DNA from: Alphaproteobacteria bacterium
GTDB lineage: Bacteria; Pseudomonadota; Alphaproteobacteria; SP197
Reading direction: 5' to 3'
Length of the DNA: 64,000 nt
NCBI GenBank assembly: GCA_965220805.1
Contig: OZ244844.1
Coordinates: forward strand, 2,699,753 to 2,763,752
Shown: positions 11,254 to 21,585 of the stretch, piece by piece
How the letters are laid out: every line of letters starts with the position of its first letter
Numbering within the stretch: position 1 is the first letter of the stretch
Notes under the pieces: model-generated
Seen by the model: the letters and a program-made list of their open reading frames with translations, nothing else
What the model was told of the DNA's origin: nothing
The model's database searches: none
Position numbers and translations under genes: made by a program

Positions 11254-11595
11254 ATGGTCATGGACATTGCGTTCAGGAGCCGAAAGCTCGAAAGGGTCTT
11301 CAACAGAGCGGATGCCCTGAAGAGGGCCTACGGTGCGAGGATGGCAAGGGTCATCATGACGCGTATGGCGGTGCTCCGCGCCGCACGCAGTCTTGTGCTG
11401 GTGCCGACCACGCCACCGGAGAGGCGACATCAGCTCGTCGGGGACCGGGACGAACAGTTCGCTGTCGATCTCGTTCACCCGTACCGGCTCGTCTTCGAGG
11501 CGAATCACGAGCCGGTGCCGCGCAAGGACGATGGAGGCATCGACACGGAACAGGTGACGGCGATCACGATTCTCGACGTGGTCGACTATCACTAA
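11254..11595 (+). CDS. HigB/RelE-like toxin
   Basis: DIAFRSRKLE...RRHQLVGDRDEQFAVDLVHPYRLVF...ILDVVDYH; toxin-first order. Confidence 0.85.
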   Translation: MVMDIAFRSRKLERVFNRADALKRAYGARMARVIMTRMAVLRAARSLVLVPTTPPERRHQLVGDRDEQFAVDLVHPYRLVFEANHEPVPRKDDGGIDTEQVTAITILDVVDYH

Positions 11596-11609
11596 CGGAG
11601 GAGGAAAGG

Positions 11610-12704
11610 ATGGCCACAGAGACTAACCGGTTCAGCCCGGATTATGCGGTCCCGCCCGGATGGGTCCTCGGGGAGCGTCTCGAGACCGAGGGAGTTTCGC
11701 ATGCTGAGTTCGCACGTCGCTGCGGTCGCTCTCCCAAGCTGATCAGCGAAATCATCTCGGGCAAGGCGTCGCTCGAGCCGGGAACTGCGCTCCAGTTCGA
11801 GAAAGTGCTTGGCGTGGATGCCAGCATCTGGCTCGGAATTGAGTCGGAATACCGGCTTCACCGGGCGCGGGAGGCCGAGGCCAGGGGTGCCGCAGCTATG
11901 GCAGGATGGGCCAAGGCCTTCCCGGTCGGGGATCTGGTCAGGCGAGGTTGCTTCGAGCGTCCTCGGTCGGATGTTGACGCCGTTTCCAAGTTGCTGGCGT
12001 TCTTTCGAGTAGGTTCAATCGATGCCTGGACTGCTCGCTACGGCTTGGCCGACGTGGCGTATCGCCGCCCTCCAGCATTCAATGGTGGTGAGGCTGTACT
12101 GGCCACCTGGCTCCGGCTCGGCGAGATGGAGGCCGAGGGTCAGGCGTGTGCGGAATACAATGAGAACAGGTTCAAGCACGCGGTTCGGACCATCCGCAGC
12201 CTGACACGCGAGCCGGTGGACAACGCCTTGCAGCGGACGACAGCGCTGTGCAATGAGGCCGGGGTTGCATTGGCGATGGTGCAGCCATTGCCAAAGTCGG
12301 CGCTTGGTGGTGCGGCGTGGTGGTTGTCTCCTCGCAAGGCTGTCATCCAGCTGACCGCCCACAACAAGACCGACGACCAGCTATGGTTCGGCTTCTTCCG
12401 TGAAACGGCGCACATTCTGCTTCACAGCAAGAAGGGCGTTTTCGTGGAAGGGGCCAACGCAAGCGACGCAGAGCAGGAGGCAGAGGCCAACGAGTGGGCG
12501 TTTGGCACCCTCATCTCTAGGAGCGCGTTGCAGCAGTTTGTCGCAACATCACCCCGCAGCGCTCAGGCAGTCAGGGAGTTCGCCGACGAGCAGGGTGTGG
12601 CTCCCGGCATCGTCGTCGGCATGCTCCAGAACAAAGGGATCCTTCCGTCGACCCATCTGAATGGACTCAAGGTCAGACTGAGTTGGAAGGCATCGGCACG
12701 CTAG
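11610..12704 (+). CDS. HigA-type XRE HTH fused to ImmA/IrrE-like domain (HExxH degenerate)
   Basis: PDYAVPPGWVL, HTH SHAEFARR..ISEIISG, WLRLGE, WFGFFRETAH, EAEANEWA. Confidence 0.85.
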   Translation: MATETNRFSPDYAVPPGWVLGERLETEGVSHAEFARRCGRSPKLISEIISGKASLEPGTALQFEKVLGVDASIWLGIESEYRLHRAREAEARGAAAMAGWAKAFPVGDLVRRGCFERPRSDVDAVSKLLAFFRVGSIDAWTARYGLADVAYRRPPAFNGGEAVLATWLRLGEMEAEGQACAEYNENRFKHAVRTIRSLTREPVDNALQRTTALCNEAGVALAMVQPLPKSALGGAAWWLSPRKAVIQLTAHNKTDDQLWFGFFRETAHILLHSKKGVFVEGANASDAEQEAEANEWAFGTLISRSALQQFVATSPRSAQAVREFADEQGVAPGIVVGMLQNKGILPSTHLNGLKVRLSWKASAR

Positions 12705-12972
12705 CAGGCATCGCCAGGACGGGAAGGGATCAGGACGTGCGCTGACTGGCGGAAGCGCAGAACCGGATGCCTGCGGCTCCTTCGCTCTGCTCCCGTCTTC
12801 CGGGTAATCCAGGGTGCAATGGGCCCTCCATGGTCCCAAGGAAGCTCTCAACCACGGCGGTTGAACGTGCGGGAACGCCGGGCTTCAAGACGTCCGGCAT
12901 CAGAAGCCATGTCCGTGTTTCGGCCGTCATTCACATGACGAGAACGGCGATGTCGTGCGGGCGACGGCAAGG

Positions 12973-14139
12973 CTACTGCAGTCGTGCCACTTCCTTCCAG
13001 TTGCCGTCTTCGATGACGGATAGGATGGTGACGTCCGCACCCTGATGGTCGTCGGGCCCGTAGGTGACGTGGTTGTCGAGCAGCGGATCGTAGTAGTCGA
13101 GGCTCTCCATCGCCGCGAGGAAACTCTCCACGTTGAGGTCACGGCCCGCCTTTTCCAGGGCCCGTGTGAGGCTGGTGGCGCCGATATGTCCCAGGAGCGC
13201 ACCGGTGCCGGGGAACTCCCCGGTCGCTTCCATGTGGGCAGCGATGAAGGCGGCCGGCGCCTCCTCGTCGGCCCGCGCCGCGAGATCGGCCCACACACCG
13301 GTGGCGTAGAGGCCCTCGGTCACGCCCTCCGGCACCTTGGCGATCACGGTGTGGAACGAACCGGACGTGCCGAGCATCTTCAGGTGCGAAAGGCCGAGCT
13401 TCTTTGCCGTCGCCACAACCGTGATGACCTGTCGGACGCTGAGCGCCACGCCGATCAGTTCGCACCCCTCGGCGGCGAGCTTCTGCAGCGAGCCCACGAA
13501 GTCCGCTTCGTCGACCTTGTGCGAGGTTTCGGTGACGTACGTGAGTGCCGGGTTCGCTTGCGCCTCGTCAATGGCGGCCTCCTGCATCTCCTTGCCGAAG
13601 TCCGAAGGGATGTACATGCCGCAAATCCTGGTCACTCCGTGGTTCTCGGCCATGTAGCGGGTCGCCAGCCGCATCTGCTCGTAGTACGAGCTCGAAACGG
13701 AAAAACGCAGGCGAATCGGCTCGTCCAGCATGTGTCTCGAGGCGCTGAGCGGTATGAGATTGGGAATGTTCCTGGGCTCCATCAGCTTGAAGCCGGCGAT
13801 ATTCATCGGCGTGCCCAGCGAGAGCGCCATCGCGAACACCTCGTCGCGATTGATGAGCTTGTTGTAGCCCTGAATGGCCTTCGGCATCTGGTAGCCGTGG
13901 TCCTCGACGATGAACCTTATGGTCCGGCCATGAATGCCCCCGGCGGCATTGACCTCGTCAAAATGCCGCTGCGCCGCCTCCATCGCCGGCGCGCCGAAGG
14001 CGGAGAACGGGCCGGAGAGATCGCTGACGGAGCCGATGACGACCTCGTCGTCGCTGACGCCCTGACCGGCGAGAGCCGGGGGCGTGGCCAGGGCCACCAG
14101 TGCGAGCATGACAGGAGAGAGCTTTGCGATGTACTTCAT
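12973..14139 (-). CDS. Liv-type ABC substrate-binding protein
   Basis: Signal peptide, QGVSDDEVVIGS..DLSGP, NAAGGIHGR. Confidence 0.9.
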   Translation of the reverse strand: MKYIAKLSPVMLALVALATPPALAGQGVSDDEVVIGSVSDLSGPFSAFGAPAMEAAQRHFDEVNAAGGIHGRTIRFIVEDHGYQMPKAIQGYNKLINRDEVFAMALSLGTPMNIAGFKLMEPRNIPNLIPLSASRHMLDEPIRLRFSVSSSYYEQMRLATRYMAENHGVTRICGMYIPSDFGKEMQEAAIDEAQANPALTYVTETSHKVDEADFVGSLQKLAAEGCELIGVALSVRQVITVVATAKKLGLSHLKMLGTSGSFHTVIAKVPEGVTEGLYATGVWADLAARADEEAPAAFIAAHMEATGEFPGTGALLGHIGATSLTRALEKAGRDLNVESFLAAMESLDYYDPLLDNHVTYGPDDHQGADVTILSVIEDGNWKEVARLQ

Positions 14140-16010
14140 GGCGTGTTCCCTGTTCTTGCGTACATGTCTTCAATCAGCGCATTGTACTTCTTTTCCACGA
14201 AACTGCGCCGAAGTTTCATGGTCGCGGTCATCTCCTCGTCGGTCGCCGTCAGCTGCCGGTCGATCAGTCGAAAGTCCTTCACCTGCTCGACCCGGCTGAA
14301 GCGGGTGTTCGCTGCCGCGACTTCACCCGAGATCAGCGCCTGCACCGGATCCGCAGCACACAGCGAGGCGAAATCGGAGAATGGCACGCGCTTCTTCTGT
14401 GCAAAGCCCTCGACGGCCTCGCGGTCGATCAACACGAGCACGGTGAGGTAGCTGCGCCGGTCGCCGATGACGATGGCATCGGAGATGTAGTGCGAACGTT
14501 TCAACTGATTTTCAATCGCGGCAGGCGCGATGTTCTTGCCGCCGGCGGTGATGATGATGTCCCGCGCCCGCCCGGTGATCCAGAGGAAGCCGTCCTCGTC
14601 GATTCGCCCGAGATCACCGGTATGCAACCAGCCGTCGCGGATCGTCCGCGCCGTACCCTCCGGATCGTTCCAGTAGCCCTGGAAGACCAGAGGGCCTTTC
14701 GCGAGAATCTCCCCGTCGGCGGCGATCGCGAGTTCCACGCCGGGCGCAGGCAGGCCGACGGAGCCGGTCCTGTTGTGCAAGCGCCGATTGACGGAAAGGA
14801 CGCCAGAGCTCTCGGTCTGGCCGTAGCCTTCCACCATGACGAGGCCGATCGCCCAGTACCAGCGCACCAGGTCGGGCGCGATGGGTGCGGCGCCGGTGCT
14901 GATATGGCGCGCGCGGTCGAAGCCAATCATGCGCCGCAGGTTCGCCAGCACGAGCCAGTCCCACAGCCTGAAGCGCGCCTGCAGCCCGGGCGGCACCCGG
15001 CGCCCCTCCATCAGGAGGTCCGCGCGCGCCATGCCGCACGCGAGGGCGCGCGCGAAGGCCCAGCGCCCGAGCGGGCCCGCCTCCGTGGCGAGTATCGAGA
15101 CATGCGCATGGACCTTCTCCCATACCCTGGGCACCGCCGTGAAGGAGGCGGGCGAGACTTCCCGCAGGTTGTCGAAGACCGTCTCCATGCTTTCGGCGAA
15201 GTTCACCACCGATTTCGCGGCGATTGGCGTGAAGACCGAGATCAACCGCTCCAGTACGTGGCAGAGCGGCAGGAAGCAGATCTGTTCGTCGCCCTCGTCC
15301 ACCGGCACCGCCTGGAGCACGGAGGAGGCGGAAAAGATGATGTTCTCGTGGGAGATCATCGCGCCCTTGGGCTGTCCGGTGGTGCCGGAAGTGTAGATCA
15401 GGATCGCGGTGTCATCGGGGCGCGATTCCGCCACTGCGCGGGCGAAGCGCTCTGGCTCCCGTTCGTGCGCTGCGCGACCGCGCTCGCAGAGCGTATCGAG
15501 GAAAATGACCCGGTCGTCGGTGAATTCGTGCAGCCCGTCGCGGTCGAACACCACGCACATCCGCAATTCCGGGACCTGGTCGCGGATTTCCAGGACCTTG
15601 TCGAGTTGCTCGTCGTTCTCCACGATGGCGAACTTGCAGCCAGAATGGCGCAGCAGGTGTTCGACCTGACTGGCGCTGTCGGTGGGATAGATGCCGGTGA
15701 CGATCCCGCCGACGCACTGGATGCCGAGATCGGCGTAGATCCACTCCTTTCTGTCTTCGGAGAGGATGGCCACGACCTCTCCCCGCATCAGCCCGAGATC
15801 GACGAGCCCCATGCCGATGGCTCGGGCGGCATCGCGAAAGTCGGTCCACGAGCGGCTGTGCCAGATGCCGAGTACCTTCTCGCGATGAGCCGTGCGCTCT
15901 CCCATCTCGCGGCAGCGGGCGAGGAAGAGTTTTGGCAGGGTGTCACAGCCGTCGATCAGGCAGGGACCCTCGTCCGCCAGGTCTTCCCGTAGTTCCGTCT
16001 GTTCACCCAT
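14136..16010 (-). CDS. Long-chain acyl-CoA ligase (AMP-binding)
   Basis: YTSGTTGQPKG, GYGQTE, GWLHTGDLG, GGKNIAP. Confidence 0.93.
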   Translation of the reverse strand: MGEQTELREDLADEGPCLIDGCDTLPKLFLARCREMGERTAHREKVLGIWHSRSWTDFRDAARAIGMGLVDLGLMRGEVVAILSEDRKEWIYADLGIQCVGGIVTGIYPTDSASQVEHLLRHSGCKFAIVENDEQLDKVLEIRDQVPELRMCVVFDRDGLHEFTDDRVIFLDTLCERGRAAHEREPERFARAVAESRPDDTAILIYTSGTTGQPKGAMISHENIIFSASSVLQAVPVDEGDEQICFLPLCHVLERLISVFTPIAAKSVVNFAESMETVFDNLREVSPASFTAVPRVWEKVHAHVSILATEAGPLGRWAFARALACGMARADLLMEGRRVPPGLQARFRLWDWLVLANLRRMIGFDRARHISTGAAPIAPDLVRWYWAIGLVMVEGYGQTESSGVLSVNRRLHNRTGSVGLPAPGVELAIAADGEILAKGPLVFQGYWNDPEGTARTIRDGWLHTGDLGRIDEDGFLWITGRARDIIITAGGKNIAPAAIENQLKRSHYISDAIVIGDRRSYLTVLVLIDREAVEGFAQKKRVPFSDFASLCAADPVQALISGEVAAANTRFSRVEQVKDFRLIDRQLTATDEEMTATMKLRRSFVEKKYNALIEDMYARTGNTP

Positions 16011-16015
16011 GCGCG

Positions 16016-16786
16016 CTATCCCCAGGACTTGCGGCGCTTCCAGCGCCGCTCCCCGCGCAGGCTCCGCTGCTCGGCGCCGAGATAAAACTCCTGGATATCC
16101 GTGTCCCGCTGCAGGCGTTCGGCGGAACCCTCCATCACGATTCGCCCGAGTTCCATGACGTAGCCCTCATCCGCAATATCTAGCGCCACCCTGGCATTCT
16201 GCTCCACCAGCAGCATGGTAACACCGCGCTCGGCGTTGACGCGCCGCAGGATGGCGAAGATGTCGCCTACGAGCAGAGGCGAGAGGCCGAGCGAAGGCTC
16301 GTCGAGCAACATGACCCTGGGCCTCGCCATCAGCCCGCGCGCAATGGCCAGCATCTGCTGCTGTCCGCCGGAGAGGGTGCCGGCCGTCTGGCCCAGCCGC
16401 TCCTTCAGGATGGGGAAGTAGCCGAAGATCATCTCCCGATCCGCGTCCACGCCGCTGCCCCTGCGGGTGTAGGCGCCCATGGTGAGGTTCTCGTCCACGG
16501 TGAGCAGCGGGAAAATCTCCCGACCTTCGGGAACGTGCACGACCCCCTTCTTCACGATCCGGTCGGGATCGCGCCCGGCGATGGAGGCGCCCGCGATGAG
16601 GATGTCGCCCTTTGCCGGGTCCATGACGCCGGAGATGGTCTTCAGCAACGTGGTCTTGCCCGCCCCGTTCGCGCCGAGCACCGTGACGATCCTGCCCTCC
16701 GGCACGTCGAGGCTCACGCCGCGGATCGCCATGACCGGACCGTAGAAGCACTCGAGATTGCGAATCTGGAGCAGCGCCTCGGTCAC
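16016..16786 (-). CDS. LivF-like ABC ATPase
   Basis: GANGAGKT, LSGGQQQM, DEPSLGL. Confidence 0.93.
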   Translation of the reverse strand: MTEALLQIRNLECFYGPVMAIRGVSLDVPEGRIVTVLGANGAGKTTLLKTISGVMDPAKGDILIAGASIAGRDPDRIVKKGVVHVPEGREIFPLLTVDENLTMGAYTRRGSGVDADREMIFGYFPILKERLGQTAGTLSGGQQQMLAIARGLMARPRVMLLDEPSLGLSPLLVGDIFAILRRVNAERGVTMLLVEQNARVALDIADEGYVMELGRIVMEGSAERLQRDTDIQEFYLGAEQRSLRGERRWKRRKSWG

Positions 16787-17556
16787 GGTGCCGCTGCCTC
16801 CGTCCCGAGATAGGCTTCAATCACCTTCGGATGTGACTGCACCTCCGCCGGTGCACCGGTCGCGATCACCTGCCCGTCGGCCAGCGCCATGACCCGGTCC
16901 GAGACCGCCGAGACGAGACCCATGTCGTGCTCCACCATGAGCACGGTGATGCCCATTCGGTCGCGGATGTCCTCGATCCGGAACCGCATGTCTCTGGACT
17001 CCTCGTTGGAGAGCCCGGAGGAGGGCTCGTCCAGGAGCAGCACCCGGGGCTCGACGGCGAGCGCACGCCCGACCTCCACCACCTTGCGAACGCCATAGGG
17101 GAGACCCGCGATAGTCCTGTCGCGGTAGAGCTGAAGGTCGAGAAAGTCGATCACCTGCTCGACCGCAGCCCTGTGGACGATCTCCTCGCGCCTCATCGCG
17201 GGCGTGAAGACGATCTGCGCCGGGATCGAGGCGCGCCGGCGCGTGTGACGGCCGACGAGCAGGTTCTCCAGCACGCTCGAGTGCTCGAAAAGTTCGATGT
17301 TCTGGAAGGTGCGCGCAATGCCGAGGCCGCAGATCTCCGCCGCCGCGAGGCGGAGCAGGCTCTCGCCTGCAAAGCGCAGGTCTCCCTCCTCCGGTTCGTG
17401 AAATCGGGAGATCAGGTTGAAGAGCGTCGACTTGCCGGCGCCGTTGGGCCCGACGATGGAGAAGATCTCGCCGGACTCGACTGCGAACGAAACCCGCTCC
17501 AGCGCCGTGACGCCGCCGAAGCGCACCGTGATACCCTCAACTTCCAGCAGGCTCAC
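16783..17556 (-). CDS. LivG-like ABC ATPase
   Basis: GTG start VSLLEVEG, GPNGAGKST, ARTFQN, EAYLG. Confidence 0.92.
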   Translation of the reverse strand: MSLLEVEGITVRFGGVTALERVSFAVESGEIFSIVGPNGAGKSTLFNLISRFHEPEEGDLRFAGESLLRLAAAEICGLGIARTFQNIELFEHSSVLENLLVGRHTRRRASIPAQIVFTPAMRREEIVHRAAVEQVIDFLDLQLYRDRTIAGLPYGVRKVVEVGRALAVEPRVLLLDEPSSGLSNEESRDMRFRIEDIRDRMGITVLMVEHDMGLVSAVSDRVMALADGQVIATGAPAEVQSHPKVIEAYLGTEAAAP

Positions 17557-18650
17557 CGCATCCGCTCCGTCTTCAGGAAACTCTTCTGCCGGCGGAACAT
17601 GTCGCGACGGCACAAGGGAAAGAGTTCGACGTAGGTCGTCCACTTCGCGATGCGGCCATGGATGCCGCGCGGCTCGAACAGGATGAAGAGAATGAGGATC
17701 GTCATGAAGATCCCGGTTTCGACCCCGGGGATCACGATACTGCCACCGAAGGCCGCCTGCGCTCCGTCGCGCGCGATGTTGATCGCCTGCGGGATGCTCA
17801 CAAGTACGAGCGCCCCCCAGTAGGCGCCCTGGATGGAGCCCAGACCGCCAATCACGATCATCACCAGGAGCTGGATCGAGATGATGACGGTGAAGACCTC
17901 GTGATTGAAGGTGTAGACGAAGTGTCCCATCAGCGCGCCGGCCCAACCCGTCACCATGCAGGAGAGGCCGAAGGCAAGAGCCTTGGTCCTGGCCACGTTC
18001 ACTCCCATCGCCTGCGCCGAGATCTCGGAATCGCGGATTGCCACGAAGGCCCGCCCCAGCGGCGTGCGAAGGACGTTGCGGTAGCCGAGCGTCACGATCA
18101 GCGCGACCGCGAGGCAGAGCCAGTAGAAGAGATCAGGCGAGGCGTAGCGGTCCACCTCCACGCCCGCGATGGTGATGTCGGGCGCCACCAGCCCGATTAC
18201 CCCGCCGGTCCATGGCTCGGCGAGCACGATGATGTCCTCGGTCAGGATCGAAAGGGCGAGCGTCGCGATGGCAAGATAGATGCCGTGCAGTCTGAAGGCA
18301 GGAACTGCGATGAGGACGCCGACGAGCCCGGTGATCACACCCGCACTCAGAAAGGAGGCAACGAAGGGGAGTCCCGCTCTTTCCATCAGGATCGCGTTGG
18401 CGTAGCAGCCCACCGCAAGAAACGCCGCATGGCCGAGGCTTGCCTGACCGGCATGACCCGTCAGCACCATGAGTCCCATGCCGGCAATGGCCCAGATCAG
18501 GACATTGGTGGCCTCGCCCAGCAGGAAGTCGTCCAGCAGCAGCGGCAACGCCGCCGCGAGAACCACCAGGGCCGCATAGCGGAACGCACGCCTGCCATCC
18601 GGAAAGAGCCGGATGTCCTGGGCGTAGCTGGTCTTGAAGGGGGTGCGCAT
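17553..18650 (-). CDS. LivM-like ABC permease
   Basis: GQASLGHAAF, GIYLAIATLA, GGLGS. Confidence 0.92.
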   Translation of the reverse strand: MRTPFKTSYAQDIRLFPDGRRAFRYAALVVLAAALPLLLDDFLLGEATNVLIWAIAGMGLMVLTGHAGQASLGHAAFLAVGCYANAILMERAGLPFVASFLSAGVITGLVGVLIAVPAFRLHGIYLAIATLALSILTEDIIVLAEPWTGGVIGLVAPDITIAGVEVDRYASPDLFYWLCLAVALIVTLGYRNVLRTPLGRAFVAIRDSEISAQAMGVNVARTKALAFGLSCMVTGWAGALMGHFVYTFNHEVFTVIISIQLLVMIVIGGLGSIQGAYWGALVLVSIPQAINIARDGAQAAFGGSIVIPGVETGIFMTILILFILFEPRGIHGRIAKWTTYVELFPLCRRDMFRRQKSFLKTERMR

Positions 18651-19525
18651 CAGACCTTCTTGGCGTGAACCTGGGCAAAGAGGCCGCGTGGGCGGATGAG
18701 CAGCACGAGAATCAGCATCGCGTAGGGCGCGATCTGCGAGTAGCCGGACGCGACGTAGCGGGCGGCGAAGGGCTCGATCAGCCCGACGATCAGGCCGCCC
18801 GCAAGCGCGCCTGGCAGCGAGCCGAAGCCGCCGATCACCGCGGCGGCAAAGGCCTTGATGCCGAGCAGCCCGGTGTTGGGATCGATCGAGCCCTTGGAAG
18901 CGAAGAGGATCCCCGCCACTGCGGCGATTGCGCCTGCCAGCGCCCAGGTCAGTCCGTGGATCCGCTTCACCGGGATACCCATGTAGTAGGCCGCGAGCTG
19001 GTTCTGACTCGATGCCTGCATGGCGATGCCGAGCTTGGTGCGGTTGAAGAACCCGAAGAGTAGGCCGGTGAGCGCGAGCGTCACGGCGATGACCGTGAGC
19101 TCGTCGAGGCCCAGCACCACCGTGCCGAAGTGCTGGTTGACGCCCGCGATCGGGCTTTCCAGCGTCAGCGGGTCATGGCCCCACATGATGCCGGCGACGA
19201 AACGCAGCAGGAAGCCGATCGCGATCGTCAGGATCACCACGGTGATCTGCGGCTGGCCGAAGACCTGGCGCACGACGGCGCGCTCCAGCAGCCAGCCAAG
19301 CGCGGCCATGGCGGCGATGGCGCCGATGCAGGCGACCCAGAATGGCAGGCCCATGTGCGATTCGTTGGCGAGACCGAGCGCTACGAAGGCACCGAACATC
19401 ATCAGGTCGCCCTGGGCGAAGTTGACCTGCTCGGCGGCCTTGTAGATGAGCGAGAAGCCCAGTGCGATCAGGCCATAGACGCAGCCGTTGGCGAGACCGC
19501 TGACGATGAGCTGCAGTGTTTCCAA
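18650..19525 (-). CDS. LivH-like ABC permease
   Basis: GCVYGLIALG, VNFAQGD, IGGFGS; TTG start after GGAGAG. Confidence 0.9.
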   Translation of the reverse strand: METLQLIVSGLANGCVYGLIALGFSLIYKAAEQVNFAQGDLMMFGAFVALGLANESHMGLPFWVACIGAIAAMAALGWLLERAVVRQVFGQPQITVVILTIAIGFLLRFVAGIMWGHDPLTLESPIAGVNQHFGTVVLGLDELTVIAVTLALTGLLFGFFNRTKLGIAMQASSQNQLAAYYMGIPVKRIHGLTWALAGAIAAVAGILFASKGSIDPNTGLLGIKAFAAAVIGGFGSLPGALAGGLIVGLIEPFAARYVASGYSQIAPYAMLILVLLIRPRGLFAQVHAKKV

Positions 19526-19854
19526 TGTCCCGCTCTCCACCGCGCCATCCCCTGGACGGCAGGACGAGTCTTGAGCACGGGTGCGGGATGTCAACCTCGG
19601 CCGCCTCGGCATGCACTCTGGGCCCGGTCCTGGGAAGATCGTCGACCGGCGTGCAGTTGCGGGTCGAAGCCACAGGCGTTGCAGTCTGCCCCGGCCTCTT
19701 TCCGGTTCTTCCCTGCGGTCAGCGTCGTGCGTCAGGCTGGGTCCGGAGTCGTCCACGACCCCCGTCGTCTCGTTCCCGGACCACTCACCTTGGCGTACCG
19801 GCGATTCGCCGGCCTGATGTCGGGGTGGCGCCCGCTATCTCGGGCTGGCCCGCC

Positions 19855-19923
19855 AAGAAAAAGGGGTCCCTGAGGACCCCTTCAAGAAGAAAGGACGCAA
19901 GGGGCTCGAGCGCCCCTTGCGTC
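19855..19923 (-). terminator. Tandem intrinsic terminators downstream of the family 5 SBP
   Basis: Stems AAGGGGTCC/GGACCCCTT (19861-19882) and GACGCAAGGGGC/GCCCCTTGCGTC (19894-19923), each with T-rich tail on the minus strand. Confidence 0.75.
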
Positions 19924-19938
19924 TGACAAGTCGGTGCT

Positions 19939-21585
19939 TCAGGACTCCGCCGCCTCGATCGCCAGTTCCTCGGCGAAGATGTAGGTGGTGGGATGCATCC
20001 CGTAGCCCTTCACCCTTGAATTCTGGACGTTGTAGACGCCGCGCCATACCGGCTGAACGATCGGTCCGTCCTCCTGCATGATGGTCTGCAGCTTGGCCAT
20101 GACCACGCGCCGCTCGTCGGCATCGAGGATACCCTCGGCCTCCGTGAGGAGCGCGTCGAACTCCGGATTGGCGTAGTGGCTCTCGTTCCATGGCACGCCG
20201 GTCCGGTAGGCCAGTCCGAGCACCATGAAGCCCAGAGGACGGTGGGTCCACGAGGTGAAACCGAAGGGCACCTTGTCCCAGACATCCCAGAACTGGTCGG
20301 ACGGCATGAGGTTGATGGCGACGTTGATGTTCGCCTCCTTCCACTGCTCGACCATGGTCTGGACTGCCAGGAGCTCCCATGCTGGGTCCTTCTTGCAGGC
20401 AATCTCGAGATCGAGACCATCGGCATATCCGGCTTCGGCGAGAAGATCCTTCGCCGCGGCCACGTCACGTCCCATCCACGCCAGTTCGGCATATTCGGGA
20501 TGAATGGACGAGACATGGTGATGCTCGGCGGGCGAACCAACGCCACGGTGCGCCGCTTCGAGGATCGAGGGCGTGTCGACAGCAAGACGCAGTGCAACGC
20601 GTACCCTGGGGTCATCGAACGGCGCCATGTCAACCTGACCGCGAACCACCGCCGTCTGCGCCGTGGTCTGGGTGTTGACCTGGATGTCCGCCATGGCCTT
20701 GAAGGCATCGAGCTGAAAGACGTCACCACCGTCAACGGCGTCCACCTGACCCGACGCGATGGCGCCGATGGCGGCGGAGGGATCGTCACCGAGGTCGATG
20801 AACTCGAGGCGGTCGAGATAGGGTCCTTCCCGATGCCACGTCGCATTTCCTGCGTTCTCGAGAACCGACCTCTCGCTGACCACGTGCTCGACGAGCTTGA
20901 ACGGACCGGTCCCGTTGGAGCCGACGCCGAACACGCCGTCTTCCGAAGGATCGATGATGAGAAGGGGATAATGGAACAGATGTTCCGGGACGGCGATGTT
21001 CTTGGCCCGCGTGTTGAGGCGGACGGTGTGATCGTCGATGACCTCGACGGCATTGTCCTGCCAGAGCATGCTGCCCTCATCGTTCATCATGTAGCCCTTC
21101 ATGAGGCCCAGAACCGATGAACCGGTTTCGGGATCGAGAACCCGGCGCAGGTTCCACGCGGCATCCTCCGCGGTAAAGGCGCGGCCACTGTGCCACATGA
21201 TGCCTGGGCGAATCTTCAGATCCCAGGTCAGGAGGTCTTCGGTCGCTTCCCAGCCCTCGAGAAGGTCGGGGCGGGTGACGTTGTCGGTGCCGGTGCGGGT
21301 GAGATAGCCGCAGACCTGCCGGGCGATGTTGGAGTCGATGACCCAGGAGAACGTATGCGGATTGTTGACGGTGTAGACACGCATGCTGATGCGCATCGTG
21401 CCGCCTGTGGGTTTGTCCTGTGCCACGGCGCGGGGTGCGAAATCCTCGCCGCTGATGAGGCCCGCCGCAGCATAGGCTGTCGAGGCGGACACACCCAGCA
21501 GGGCCGAGTAGCGCACGAACTCCCGGCGCTCGAGCCGTCCTTCTGCAAGCTGCTCCTGCAGCTTGCTGTAGTAGGGGTGTACCAT
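19939..21585 (-). CDS. Family 5 (DppA/OppA-like) ABC substrate-binding protein, probable Tat export
   Basis: ERREFV twin-Arg-like motif, GTGPFKL, PFDDPRVR, WNESHY. Confidence 0.9.
   Translation of the reverse strand: MVHPYYSKLQEQLAEGRLERREFVRYSALLGVSASTAYAAAGLISGEDFAPRAVAQDKPTGGTMRISMRVYTVNNPHTFSWVIDSNIARQVCGYLTRTGTDNVTRPDLLEGWEATEDLLTWDLKIRPGIMWHSGRAFTAEDAAWNLRRVLDPETGSSVLGLMKGYMMNDEGSMLWQDNAVEVIDDHTVRLNTRAKNIAVPEHLFHYPLLIIDPSEDGVFGVGSNGTGPFKLVEHVVSERSVLENAGNATWHREGPYLDRLEFIDLGDDPSAAIGAIASGQVDAVDGGDVFQLDAFKAMADIQVNTQTTAQTAVVRGQVDMAPFDDPRVRVALRLAVDTPSILEAAHRGVGSPAEHHHVSSIHPEYAELAWMGRDVAAAKDLLAEAGYADGLDLEIACKKDPAWELLAVQTMVEQWKEANINVAINLMPSDQFWDVWDKVPFGFTSWTHRPLGFMVLGLAYRTGVPWNESHYANPEFDALLTEAEGILDADERRVVMAKLQTIMQEDGPIVQPVWRGVYNVQNSRVKGYGMHPTTYIFAEELAIEAAES

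Noticed and set aside
12730-12930. Short minus ORF with LMPDVLKPG, reminiscent of a Mug glycosylase N-terminus
   Set aside because: Only a few residues match and no catalytic motif follows.
13045-15992. Long plus-strand ORFs (468 and 622 aa)
   Set aside because: Antisense to the SBP and acyl-CoA ligase; no recognisable domains.
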